This document shows, in pieces, positions 1 through 12,624 of a DNA stretch of 64,000 nt (position 1 is the first letter of the stretch; the number at the start of each line of letters is the position of its first letter). Under the pieces are notes generated by a model. That model saw only the letters and a program-made list of their open reading frames with translations. It was not told the DNA's origin and did not search any database. A program made the position numbers and the translations under genes. Where the stretch lies: assembly GCF_963921235.1 (NCBI RefSeq), contig NC_086123.1:13950001-14014000 (forward strand), read 5' to 3'. This DNA is from Mobula hypostoma (lineage: Eukaryota).

Positions 1-160
1 GTAGGATTGAAGCCTGCTTGAAGTAAGTAGATACCTCACACTGCCAAAGCAAGAGGTTGAAGATGTCTTTAAACACTCCAGCCAGTTCTGCACTTTTCAT
101 TGGATTTTTTTTTTGTTAGATTAAGCTCCTGAAAGCATTTATGGGATATTTTAATACATT

Positions 161-250
161 AAGTGAACTACATAAATAGGTCTGTGTTTGGAATTTCATT
201 TTCACAAGTGAACTACATAAATAGGTCTGTGTTTGGAATTTCATTTTCAC
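161..250. repeat. Perfect 45-bp tandem duplication
   Basis: aagtgaactacataaataggtctgtgtttggaatttcattttcac at 161-205 and again at 206-250. Confidence 0.95.
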
Positions 251-1174
251 TTATGAGCCTAAAGGCACACAAATCAATTTTTAGGAACAGCTTTTTCCCC
301 TCCACCATCTGATATCTGAACAACCTATGAGCCCACGAAAGTGGTGAAAGCTATCGGCCTGAAGGTATTTAAAAATTAGATGAATTTTTGAAAGATCAGA
401 GATCCAAGGGCTATGGACATCTGGCCGACGAGGAGTTGAGGCCTGCAGGAGTTGACAGCTTACTCTTGCTCTTAGTTTTCTTGTAATCTTGTGCTCTGTC
501 ATTATATTTATTTCCAGCATCTTATTATGCAAAGGAATATTGAGTGACATTAGTAAGACTTCAAGACAGCAGCAGGGACCAACACGACCAATGGTAACAT
601 CCTGCAGACAGCTCACAGAATGACTTTGTCTTCTTCTTTTAAGTATGCTTCTTCTGCAATCGATTGCTGCCTGTAAGTTCCATTTTGTTGTATTTTTGGG
701 TCGACTAAGCGTTCTGGCACTTTTGCTGCCTCCCAGAGAACTCAGTAAGGTTGAGAGCGGAGTGTGTGACCACCATTTCTTAATGGCAGAACACGAACCC
801 ATGGTCGGCTCCATCACTCCTTGCTGATTAAAGCATTGAGCAAGATTGAAATCGATGAGGACGAGAGCGTAAGACGAATGGGTGATGCGTGCCGCCTGCC
901 TGTGTTTGATTGGTCTCTCCCTTGCTGCTGCTGGAAGGGGGTGCAGGTTCGATCACCTCGATGGTGTGGCTTGTGGGTTTTTTGGGGGACTTTGCGGTTT
1001 GATATTTAATGTCCTCAGTACTGAACGTATTCCACGGTCGTGCAATCATCTTTAGAGAACTCTGCGATTCATGTTCCATGTCTTTCTGGTTACTTCTTTT
1101 TGCCATTTGCATGATTTGATCAAGGTGGTTTCACACGGAACTGGCTCTGTGCCTGAGGTCTGCAGTCATTGCAA

Positions 1175-2352
1175 GACAGCGACTATACTTCATTAGGAGT
1201 TTGAAGAGATTTAGTAGGTCAACAAATACACTCAAAAACATCTATAGATGTACCGTGGAGAGCATTCTGACAGGCTGCATCACTGTCTAGTATGGGGGGG
1301 GGGCTACTGAACAGGGCCGAAAGAAGCTGCAGAGGGTTGTAAATTTAGTCGGCTCCATCTTGGGTACTAGCCTACAAAGTACCCAGGACATCTTCAAGGA
1401 GCGGTGCCTCAGAAAGGCAGCATCCATTATTAACGATGTCCAGCACCCAGGGCATGCCTTTTTCTCATTGTTACCATCAGGTTGGAGCTATAGAAGCCTG
1501 AAGGCACCTACTTCAGACATCCTACCTCTTCTGGAAGTTCCAGGAGTCTCCCGCATATTAATAGTGGCTCCCTAATGCCTGCAAATTATATACAGTATCA
1601 TGGAACTCAATTTTTTTGAGAGCAAGCGAGAGAAAGCAAGAGACAGCGCGAGAGCGACCACGAGAGAGAACGCGTGCGCGAGAGAGCGAGAGCAATCGAG
1701 CAAGAGAGCACGAGCGAGAGCGAGTGAGAGAGCGCGAGCGACGAGAGCGACAGCGCACCGTGGCAGAGTGTTCCAAAGACAATATAAAACGTACGTCACC
1801 CCAGACTACCCTAAAGTGTACCCCTGCCTAATAGGGGTCACAATAATGACAGTGTTGCTCGCTGCTCTGTTTCCAACAGTGACTTTTCTATTGCCCATGG
1901 TGGGTTAAGACTGTAAAAGACATGTTGAGGTGAGTTTAACAGGTGTCATTCATTCATTAGCATTGCTAACGTTATTTAAACTAGCTGGCTAGCTGCTAAG
2001 GAACTACTCTATTGCAGACATCCCACCTCTCCCGGGAGTCTCCCGCAAATTGATGGTGCTCCCTCACTGAAATGAGTTTTTGCAAGGTGGGATGTCTGCT
2101 ACTCAGCGATTCAGGAACAGCTTCTTCCCCTCTTCCATCCGATTCCTAAATGGACATTGAACCCTTGAACACTACCTCACTTTTTAAATATATATTATTT
2201 CTATTTTTTACACGATTTTTAATCTATTCAATATGTGGATACTGTAATTTATTGTTCTTTTTCTTCTTCCATATTATGTATTGCATTGAACTGCCGCTGT
2301 AGATTTAACAAATTTCACGACACATGCCGATGATAATAAACCTGATTCTGAT
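1175..2352 (+). mobile_element. Degraded L2/Rex-like LINE 3' fragment, interrupted by an insertion at 1514-2098
   Basis: RCLRKAASIINDVQHPGHAFFSLLPSG..YRSL C-terminal motif (ORF 1360-1575); sequence resumes at ~2100 (ctcagcgattcaggaacagcttcttcccc) and ends aataaacctgattctgattc. Confidence 0.75.
1514..2098. mobile_element. Non-autonomous DNA transposon/MITE with TIRs and an internal (GA/GC) microsatellite
   Basis: cagacatcctacct (1514-1527) is inverted to aggtgggatgtctg (2085-2098); ctact on both flanks; splits a LINE fragment. Confidence 0.7.
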
Positions 2353-4429
2353 TCATTGACAGAGCATTAAATTGAACTGCCTTGGTGGCTGGCACTCCTC
2401 GGCCGTATCAGGGATTCTGCGGTTTGGCGTTTAATATTCTGCATGTTATTTGCTTGCTTTTGCTATTTCTGCGATTTGTTCTTTTTCTTGCACGGTAGGT
2501 GTTTGATGTCTTCTTCAAATGCTTCACAGTGTTTCTTTGTTATATGCTGCCTGTGGGAGGACGAATTTCAGGGCTGTATACTGTATACATACTGTGATTA
2601 TAAATGTACTTTATAACTTTGAAACCTTGATACCAGGTCACAAGTTGTTTATTGTTTGGGGAAGGCATGGAAAGCGTTAGTGACAGGATGATTGAGAGAA
2701 GGGATTAGGAAGGAAAGGGACTAAAAAGATAAAGGGATTGAAAGTGCTTTGAATTAGAAAATATATTGCGGTGTCAGTGAAATGCTTAATTTAGAACATG
2801 TTTTGTTTCTCTAAAAATGCCTATTAATTATACTAAAGGTATGATTTCTCCACAGTTTTGCAGAGCTGATTATGATTTGTTTACTATTGCTTTGAGCTTA
2901 TCCTTGTATTGTTAAATATCAAAATAGTAAACAATACAACTTCTAATATCACATAAACAGTCACTCTAATATCAATTCACTCCTGCAGATACACAATGGG
3001 AGAGGATGAGAGTTTCACAAACAGATATCATCACCCTGTACAAAATGTACATTTTTTAAATATATACATAGAGGACATCTAGACTTTCATTGATAAAGCT
3101 AACTAAATAACAAAGAGGAAAATCATGCTACTTATAGCAAGCACAGCTAAAAATATTTAAGAATTTAATTCAGGAAATGTTTTGCTTTTGGATGTTTATC
3201 TGATGAAACTTATGACAAATTGACATAAAATTTGCAACATTATAACATCAGGAAGATACTATTTAAATACAAAAATACTAATCTTATCCTTTAAAAGATA
3301 CAAAAATAGTTTTTCTAGGGCTGTGACTGTCCTGTAAACTGAAATATGAATATACTAAAATTACTGAGTGATGAAACTATCACGAGCAGTATTATGTAGT
3401 GACAGAAACTAAACAATAACTCTGACACTGATACTAAATTTGAGTTTTGCCAGAAGCACTCAACTTAGACGTCAACATATCCTCGAAATAAACACGGAAC
3501 CAAAAGGTGAATTTCAGAGGTGAGGCCAGAATGGCTGCCACTGACATCAAGAATGTATTTGACATCAAGGCATATGATATAACTGAAGTCACTGGGCATC
3601 AAAGAGAAAACAATTCAATGGCTGCAGTCATAGCTCACTAATGCACACGACATTTGATTTACTGCGATTAACTCGCTCCTTCTCCTATTCTGCATCCATA
3701 TGAATTCTCAAAAGTGCAAGGCAATGGAATCTGCAACAAGACAGAATCCAATCATCTACCCTTAATATTCAATGGCACAATCATTAGCAAATCTCCATCA
3801 ACATCTAGAGGGTCACCATAAACCAGAGACCACAGGACCAGTCACATAAATAAGGGCAGGTTGTAGGCTGAATATACTATGACTCAGCTACTGTAACAGG
3901 AATTTGTGTTCTAAATTTACTTTGAACTTTGAATGCCATGGAAAGTTCTGCACTTGTCTGGAAGAGTGCAGCACCAGCAAACTCTATACTAGAACAGAGA
4001 GGCCTGCCTGAATGATATCCCATCAACCACTTGAAACACTCATTCTCTCCACTTCCATGGTACACTGGCTGAAGTGAATGTTAATTACAAATGCATTGGA
4101 GCTATTCTGCTAGCCTATGGTCTCTGCCAAGAATGACAAGGGTTGTAGACGTGGGAACAGCTTTACCTTCAAATTACCCTCCAAGTATACATCCTCCCAA
4201 ATTGAAAATTTAATCCTGGAATCTGGATCTAAATCCTGAAATTTCCCACTCATTGGCAAAAGGACCATAGTAGTTATTACAGACAATTAGGAATAGGCCA
4301 TAAACGCTGGCTTTGCTGGCATCATCCAGTTCCCAAAAATAAAGAAAAACAAACATTTATATCACAAGTCATGTTATTCCAATTACTCAATATTAGTACA
4401 TAACTGATTATCATTAATCTAAACCTCTG

Positions 4430-4585
4430 CTATCTCCCCCTCCCACTCCAACTTTCAAATCCCTTACTCACTCTTCCTTCAGTTAGTCCTGACGAAGGGT
4501 CTCAGCCTGAAACGTCGACTGCACCTCTTCCTAGAGATGCTGCCTGGCCTGCTGCGTTCACCAGCAACTTTGATGTGTGTTGCTC
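4430..4585 (+). mobile_element. Penelope-like element 3' end fragment
   Basis: Same sequence family as the GIY-YIG-linked copies at 12625-13277 and 57535-58070. Confidence 0.75.
4485..4520 (+). ncRNA. Minimal type I hammerhead ribozyme motif (putative)
   Basis: agtc-CTGACGA-agggtctcagcct-GAAAC-GTC-gact: helix I agtc/gact, intact core boxes, helix II agg/cct, palindromic ACGT helix III, GUC cleavage triplet at 4514-4516. Confidence 0.65.
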
Positions 4586-4642
4586 TGCACTTTTAATGCA
4601 GATTGCAACCAATTAATGTGCAATGCCAGTAAGCCCTTAAAC

Positions 4643-4840
4643 CAGGGGTGGCCAACCTTTTGCATTCCGTGCTTCAATTTTTTCCACTCACAAGTTCAGA
4701 TGCGCCATACAACTCTTGTATCCCCATTCAATTCTTATAAAAATATATTAATATAGAACTCGTACATGGAAAAAAAAATCACATCTGAACTTGAGCGTGA
4801 AAAATTTGACGCATGGAATGTAAAAGGTTGGCCACCTCTG
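4643..4840. mobile_element. hAT (Charlie-like) MITE
   Basis: TIRs caggggtggccaacctttt / aaaaggttggccacctctg; perfect 8-bp TSD ccttaaac (4635-4642, 4841-4848). Confidence 0.92.
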
Positions 4841-4954
4841 CCTTAAACTGAGTCCTTCCCCACAGATTCTTTGCAGTGACTAGACTAAGCTTTAGTGAGT
4901 CTTTCTGCACGCAGTCCTAGATTTTAGAGTGTGCCAGTCAGAAATTTAACCATG

Positions 4955-5092
4955 AAAACAAGAAAGTTTGCAGATGCTGTAAATCCAAAGTAACACACAC
5001 AAAATGCTGGAGAAACAAAGCAGGTCAGGCGGCATCTGTGGAAATAAATGAACAGCTGATGTTTCGGGCTGAGACCCTTCTTCAAGACTGAA
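4955..5092 (-). mobile_element. Penelope-derived short repeat with degenerate hammerhead motif
   Basis: Reverse strand reads cagtc-TTGAAGA-agggtctcagccc-GAAAC-atc, followed by the family tail. Confidence 0.7.
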
Positions 5093-6379
5093 GAAATTAA
5101 ATCCTGCAGTGCATATTAACAATGAGCTTTTTAATATAATTTCTCAGCTCTTATACCTTCCAACACTAAATCCAGCTCCCAGAAGATTTAACTTGGCAGC
5201 AAAACCAACACTGTTCCTCTGCTCATGCCTCATGTTAACTTTGTAGCTGAGTGTTTGTATCATCATTGGAACCTAACTTGCATAGTTAAAGAAAGATACT
5301 TCTGGCTTCAGATGGACGTCTATATTATCACAATTTTAATTGAACTGTTGGAAACCGGTGTGTGTGATACTGACAGCTGGACGTTAAAATGTAGCCCACA
5401 AGCTCAGGGGGAAATTGATAAAGAATGTAATGACTAGACCCAGCTTCTTAATTCATATTTAGCATAATATTTTCCATGTTACCCATTTTACAGTCACCAG
5501 AAGGGACTGCCACTTTATTTTTGATATAATATTGGGTTTATTTTTCTTTGCAGCATCTAGCTACACTTAGATATGAGAATTAAAATACACTGATGATGCA
5601 GAGTAGTAAATTTTTTAAAAAATTACGAGAAAAATTACAGATGACTCAAGGTTGTCAGTGTATTAATCTTTGCCATGCCACCACTCCAAATATCCATGGC
5701 TGTTGGTCCCCCCAAATTTTCTAACATAAAATTTCAATCATTTCATGGCAAACTCCCTCCTTATCCTGTAACCTTTTCTAGTTAGCAGCTTGCCAAAAAT
5801 TCTGCATCTCTATTGCGTCAAGAAATCTCCTTGTCAATGTCAGAATAAATTTCGTTAAGCTAACATTGACGTCTCCAACTTCCATTAACTAAGTTTTCAA
5901 GTGTCCCATCTTTTTCCACCTTTCTCCTCTTACTTTAACAAAGCTATTAATTACTATTTTTAATATCTTTAGCTTTGTCCTGGTGCCACTTTTTTATCCA
6001 GTATGTCTTTGTGAAGTGTCATAATTGTTCTCTACATTAAAATTGTTATGGAAATATTAATGCTATTTTTCAGAAAGACACATTTAGGTAATGGAATGGG
6101 ATGACAGGCAGGTGCAATTTAGTGTGGTTAACTGTGAGAATATAACTTGGGAGAAAAACATAGACATAAATAGGAAGATACTTCAGGATGTAAGTCAGAG
6201 ACACCTAAGTGACAAATACTTAATTCCCTGAAATACTGATTGCAGACTGATAAAACTAATAAAATGGCAAATAAAATTCATAGTTTTATAAATTAAAATA
6301 ATGTAAATACACAAAAAAATTAGAGTATCCTGAAAAGATGAGGAAAAACACGAGTGTAAGATGTTAAAAACACTGAGAA

Positions 6380-8062
6380 CTTGAACTCCCAGCTGTAATA
6401 GTGGCCAGAGGACCTAGAGTAACAGAGGAACTGAAGGAAATTTGCATCAGGCACAAAATGATGTTGGGTAAACTGATGGGACTGAAGGTTGATAAATCCC
6501 CAGGGCCTGATGGTCTGCATCCCAGGGTACTTAAGGAGGTGGCTCTAGAAATCATGGATGCATTGGTAATTACTTTCCAGTGTTCTACAGATTCATGATC
6601 AGTTCCTGCGGATTGGAGGGTAGCTAATGTTATCCCACTTTTTAAGAACGGAGGGAGAGAGAAAACAGGCAAATATAGACCAGATAGTCTGACATCAGTG
6701 GTGGGGAAGATGCTGGAATCAATTATAAAAGATGTAATAGCAGCATATTTGGATAGCAGTGGCAGGATAGGTCTGAGTCAGCATAGATTTACGAAGGGGA
6801 AATCAGGCTTGACTAATCTTCTGGAATCTTTTGAGAATGTGTCTCTGAAAATGGACATGGGAAAACCAGTGGATGTAGTGTAACTAGACTTTCAGAAAGC
6901 CTTTGATAAGGTCCCACATAGGAAGTTAGTGTTCAAAATTAGAGCAAATGGTATTGGGGGTAGGGTACTGACATGGATAGAAAATCGGCTGGCAGACAAG
7001 AAACAAAGAGTAGGGATTAATGGGCCCTTTTCAGAATGGCAGGCAGTGACTAGTGGGGTACTGCAAGGCTCAGTGCTGGGATCGCAGCTATTTACAATAT
7101 ACATTAATAATTTAGATGAAGGGATTAAAAGTAATATTAGCAAATTTGCGATGACACAAAGCTAGGTGGCAGTGTGAAATGAGAGGAGGATGTTATGAGA
7201 ATGCAGGGTGACTTGGACAGGTTGGGTGGGTGGGCAGATGCAGTTTAATGTGAATAAATGTGAGATTATCCACTTTGGTGGCAAGAACAGGAAGGCAGAT
7301 TACTATCTGAATGGTGTCAAGTTAGGAAGAGGGGAAGTACAACGAGATCTAAGTCTCCTTGTTCATCAGTCACTGAAAATAAGCATGCAGGTACAGCAGG
7401 CAGTGAAGAAAGCTAATGGCATGCTGGCCTTCATAACAAGGGGAATTGAGTATAGGAGCAAAGAGGTCCTTCTGCAGTTGTACAGGGCCCTGGTGAGACC
7501 ACACCTGGAATATTGTGTACAGTTTTGGTCTCCAAATTTGAGGAGGGACATTCTAGCTATTGAGGGAGTGCAGCGTAGGTTCACGAGGTTAATTCCCGGG
7601 ATGGCGGGACTGTCGTATGTTGAAAGACTGGAGCGACTGGGGTTGTATACACTGGAATTTAGAAGGATGAGAGGGGATCTGATTGAAACATATAAGATTA
7701 TTAAGGGATTGGACACGCTAGAGGCAGGAAACATGTTCCCGATGTTGGGGGGGTCCAGAACTAGAGGCCACAGTTTAAGAATAAGGGGTAGACAATTTAG
7801 AGTGGAGTTGAGGAAAAACTTTTTCCACACAGAGGGTTGTGGTTCTGTGGAATGCTCTGCTTCAGAAGGCAGTGGAGGCCAATTCTCTGGATTCTTTCAA
7901 AAAAGAGTTAGATAGAGCTCTTAAAGATAGCGGAGTGAAGGGATAATGGGGAGAAGGCAGGAACAGGGTACTGATTGTGGATGATCAGCCATGATCACAG
8001 TGAATGGTGGTGCTGGCTCAAAGGGCTGAATGGCCTACTCCTGCACCCATTGTCTATTGTCT
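6380..8062 (+). mobile_element. CR1 LINE, 5'-truncated, with disrupted reverse transcriptase ORF2
   Basis: KSPGPDGLHPRVLKE, SGVLQGSVLG, KFADDTK-like (frameshifted), LVRPHLEYCVQFWSP, SRTRGHSL; 3' tail attgtctattgtcta. Confidence 0.95.
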
Positions 8063-8269
8063 AACTGCATAACTGTGAAAATTCACTAAGATAATATCAG
8101 AGATAATAAACTGCAGTTGAAACGAATGAGCTGAGATATGAATAGGACTTCCATGTAGATAATAAGTTTACATGAAAGGTTTCAATTGACAAATTATCAG
8201 ATGAAACAATAACAAATAGTTATTTCAAAAATTACAATAAGCAATATTGTCATTTTCTTTTGGTTTATG

Positions 8270-8693
8270 TACATCACAGCCTGATAAGGAGGTTCCAATC
8301 CACAGGAAACTGCAGAGGGTTCTAGACTCAGGCAGCTGTATCATGTGCACAATCCTCCTCACCATCGAGGATATCATCAAGAGATGGTGCATCAAGAAGC
8401 TGGCATCCATCTTTAATGATCCTCACCATTCAAGACATGCTTTCTTCTGGTTACTACAATCAGGGAGGAGGTACAGGAGCCTGAAGATCAATGCTTAATG
8501 GTTCACAAACAGCCTTTTTCCCTCTGCCATCATATTTCTGAATAGTCCACGAATATATTTCAATATTCTTTTTTAAGCTTAGATACTTTATAACAATTAT
8601 AATAACTTAATGTTTTTTTCTGCTTGCCTGCTGCTGCAAAACAAAGCAACATATATCATGTCATGTATAATAGTAATGATAAACCTGATTCTG
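8270..8693 (+). mobile_element. L2/Rex-like LINE 3' fragment
   Basis: RKLQRV...CIKKLASIFNDPHH...LQSGRRYRSLK; ends gataaacctgattctga. Confidence 0.75.
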
Positions 8694-9189
8694 AGTGAGG
8701 TTTTATCACCTGGGAGTGGCTAGCAAATACTGCAACTTATGCGGAAAAATCAGAACAAAACATTCAAAGCATCTAGGAATGTGCGAGCCTGTGGGACTGG
8801 TTTTAGGAAAGAGCTAGCACAAAAAGAAACAGACCAACCATCCTCCTTCTCCACTGTAGTTTTTAAACATTTCTCTTTCTGTCAATTGTCTGTTCAGACT
8901 CAAGTCAGATGGCTACTCAATGTAAACATTTACTGAGCATTTTCTCAGAAGTAAAATTTATTTCTTTTAAACAATAGTTATGCAATTGTTCCTTAATCTC
9001 TGAGAGCTAATGATTAATAGAAAATTACTTCATATAAGTGCAAGAACAGGGATGACAAGCAAGAACAAAAAGGTCAAATGAGACACAATAAAACTTCACC
9101 CTATCCATTAATAGCAGAAAAGAGTTACAATGGTACAAGTCCTTACCATCAAATGCGGAAACCAACTGTAGAAGTTTATCAATTATATT

Positions 9190-9742
9190 TCATAGAAACA
9201 TAGAAACATAGAAAATAGGTGCAGGAGTAGGCCATTCGGCCCTTCGAGCCTGCACCGCCATTTATTATGATCATGGCTGATCATCCAACTCAGAACCCAG
9301 CCTTCCCTCCATACCCCCTGACCCCTGTAGCCACAAGGGCCATATCTAACTTCCTTTTAAACATAGCTAATGAACTGGCCTCAACAGTTTGCTGTGGCAG
9401 AGAATTCCACAGATTCACCACTCTCTGTGTGAAGAAGTTTTTCCTAACCTCGGTCCTAAAAGGCTTCCCCTCTATCCTCAAACTGTGACCCCTCGTTCTA
9501 GACCTCCCCAACATCGGGAACAATCTTCCTGCATCTAGCCTGTCCAATCCCTTTAGGATCTTATACGTTTCAATCAGATCCCCCCTCAATCTTCTAAATT
9601 CCAACGAGTACAAGCCCAGTTCATCCAGTCTTTCTTCATATGAAAGACCTGCCATCCCAGGAATCAATCTGGTGAACCTTCTTTGTACTCCCTCTATGGC
9701 AAAGATGTCTTTCCTCAGATTAGGGGACCAAAACTGCACACA
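9190..9742 (-). mobile_element. CR1 LINE 3' end
   Basis: ORF 9290-9739 QFWSPNLRKD...SRTRGHSL...FFTQRVVNLWNSLP; (catagaaa)n tail at 9191-9214. Confidence 0.93.
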
Positions 9743-10489
9743 ATTTCAATCAACTATTTCCATTATTTACAACATCTAAGGAACTTCCTTTTGAAAACAA
9801 TCTTTAGATTGACTGGGCCACGCAGTCCTCTGAGTGAAGAAATTTCTTCTCTTTTCAGTCTTAAATAGTCTTAGTTCAGTCTTAAATCTTTTATTTTGAG
9901 TAGTTCTTGACTCCTTGGCCACAGGAAACATCCACTGTATGTACCCTATCAAAACCTCTAAGAATTTCAATGGCAATCACTTCTAACTTCTTGAGAATAG
10001 AGGCCTCTTCATTGAGAGACCAGCCATCCCATGAACCAATCTCGGTGAGTCAACCTATGTCCTTTATAATAACCATTTACTTTCCCGATTACCTGCTGCA
10101 CTTGTATGTCAGCATTCAATAATTGCTGCACAAGACACCAATGTCTTCTGAACTAACATTTTCTAAACTTTCCCTTAAGAGAATACTCATCATTTGTTTG
10201 GTACTGAAATCAATAACCTCACACAATTTCTTATTATGATGTTATAAGGTTCGTGGTTTAAATTGACATTTCTTTTACAAGGTCGATGGGCTACATAGTC
10301 CCCTGATACGCTGATGCACAGCAAGGGTCCCAAATATCGCTCTGGGTTTCATAAAAGTGCACTCAACTCTGCCACTCACTGGCTTGGCATCATCAGATCC
10401 ACCGAAAGCCAGGGACCTGTATCTCCAGCCCTCTCTCCACAGATGCTGACTGACCAGATGCTGCTTTTATTTGCTAACCTAGTACGATG

Positions 10490-11420
10490 AAGCAGACGGC
10501 CACAAGTTTTCGCACCATCACAGCGAGCAGCGTGACAGCACTGCTTTCAATGAGATGTAAACATATCTCGGCTTCCCCGCACAGCTCAGGGTGCACCGGC
10601 TGCTCGGGGACACCAAAGTTGCGCCGCTTAAGATTCTGACATTAAAAGTGTAAGCGATCACATTTCCTACTTTCGTTGGGGATATCGTCTCTGACAGAGT
10701 CGGCGCTCAGCCCCGTGTTGTCTTCTGTCAAGATTAAAGGGACGTCATCGTCGACAGGCAGCGCCATCACCAGCTCGCCGCAGCCTCTCCTCGCTCACAG
10801 CCGCGTCTCGCACCGCTCAACCTAACTTCACGCTGCAGTGGGAGGGTGGGTCCTCTCTCCCCCTCCGACTGCCGATTGGTTGAAAGTGACAGTCGGCCGG
10901 GCGAGACCTCCGCGAAGGAACGTCAATCAAAGCGCAGGGACCATCACGTTTGGTCGAGGTCTCCGCTTCCCGTGCCCGTCTTTTCCTCCGTCCTGAACGC
11001 GCGGCTAGATAGCCAAGGCGGGGGCCATGGGGTCAGAGGGGAAAGGTCACGCGTTTCTTAGCAACGGAATAAGCACATCTAGCAAACAGAAGCACCGGGC
11101 GTGCATTCTCCGGATATCGAGCTTCCGGACATGTAAAGTAAAGAGTAAAGGACCGGAACCAGGCTGAACACTGGGGGTAGAGAGAATAGCCGATCTGCCG
11201 AGTGGTGTAGATTTTGTGTTTTCTCCAACTGGGGAGCTGACCAGGTACTTGCGGGAGCAACGGTTCTCTTAACGCGAGCTTCTGCCCAAACCCCACCACA
11301 GAGATCTGAGCACCAGGTCCACTGGAGCTCATGTGAGGCTGTCGTCGTTGTTAAAGTAGTTTTATGGGTGATTATTGCTGGCTGTGGTAGCAAGTTGGTT
11401 GAGCGTAGAAACGACTGCAT
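10490..11420. promoter_or_regulatory. CpG island; probable IQCD promoter, likely bidirectional with a minus-strand gene (TPCN1 by synteny only)
   Basis: CpG-rich non-repeat segment 3.3 kb upstream of the first IQCD coding exon, which has its own acceptor; inverted CCAAT (gattgg ~10874); human gene order is TPCN1><IQCD head-to-head, then RITA1, DDX54. Confidence 0.7.
11053..11065. promoter_or_regulatory. RFX X-box motif
   Basis: GTTTCTTAGCAAC, close to the X-box pattern GTTnCn(n)RGCAAC, in the CpG island of a motile-cilia gene. Confidence 0.65.
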
Positions 11421-12624
11421 CTTAAAATAATAATTGGCTGTTAAAGCAGTTTGGGAGGTTCTGAAATCATCAAGGACGCTATCTAATTACAATTCAACCA
11501 TGTTTTGTGTGATTGAGATGTCAATAGGGAGAGTTAATTGGTTATCGAACAAACATTGTTCTTGTAAAGGAGCTAAATAGAGAAATATTGGAAATATTGT
11601 AAACTCCAAAATTCTCTACTAGAGCTTGAAGATACGTACTTTTTCGAAATCTGTAATTTAAGTCAGACTAATTTGCTTGTGTATAATTTTTGTCTCATAA
11701 CGTTAATCTAAACAAACGCAATTAACATTTTTTCAAAATGAATACATAAAATATGTCCCATTTACCAAATACAATACGAAACTTACATTTATTTTGTGCA
11801 TATAAAATACCACATCGAAACAATTAGATGGAATTTGACCTTAAATCACATAAGGAGATATTAACAAAGATGCAAGTTTAAGGAATAGCTGAAAGGATAG
11901 AAGGATAGAATAGTTTAGGGAGGGAAATCTCGTGCTCGCAGCCCAGGCATCTGAAAGCACGATCTCCATTGTTGGAATGTTGAAAATCAGGGACTAGAAT
12001 TGGAGGAAAGCAGAGAACTGAAAACTTTCCATGGATAAATGAGAATTTTAAAATTGGTGCATTAGTTGAATTCCTGGTTCAGTAAGAAATGGAGGAAGCC
12101 AGTTAGGATTCAAACAATAATTTCAGACAAGCTTGAGTTTGTAGAGAAAGAGGAATAACCATAAAAATGTTTATTTTAGTTTTTATATAACTAACATATT
12201 TTATAATTGTAATTTAATATAGCAATTACTCTTGTTCATTTATCGATTATTTCAAATAATATCTTTTTATAACAACTATTATTAGATAAGAGCACTTGAT
12301 AAAATATAATATAAAACAGATGCAGGTATTTAAGGCACTCTAATGCTTTTGCATGTTTCTGCAATCATTTGTTAAAATCCTTACATATTTCCTGCTGGTA
12401 CCCTGATCTGTTGTGTCAGCCACGGCTCAATGGTAACACTCTTCCTCTAATTCAGAAGGTGGTGAGTTTAAATTTCACTCCATGAGTGTGAATTCTAAAA
12501 GTAAATTTTTCTTTTTAAACAAAGACAAATTTCAGAGTTGTATACCGCCTACATACGTTGATAAGAAATGTACCTTGAACCTTAACTTCTAATGCTGTGC
12601 TCAAAAAAAATTAAACTAATCAAT

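Noticed and set aside
281-1112. ORFs of 60-178 aa as possible TPCN1 exons
   Set aside because: No resemblance to a two-pore channel or any protein I recognise; looks repeat-derived
1558-1908. Arg/Glu/Ser-rich ORFs on both strands
   Set aside because: Translation of a (GA/GC) microsatellite inside a MITE
7208-7915. 235-aa ORF and antisense 154-aa ORF as host genes
   Set aside because: CR1 ORF2 C-terminal fragment with upstream frameshifts and stops; the antisense ORF is a by-product
10940-11054. CLEAR/TFEB sites (atcacgtt, gtcacgcg) for a lysosomal gene
   Set aside because: Neither contains the full CACGTG core; chance matches are likely in a CpG island
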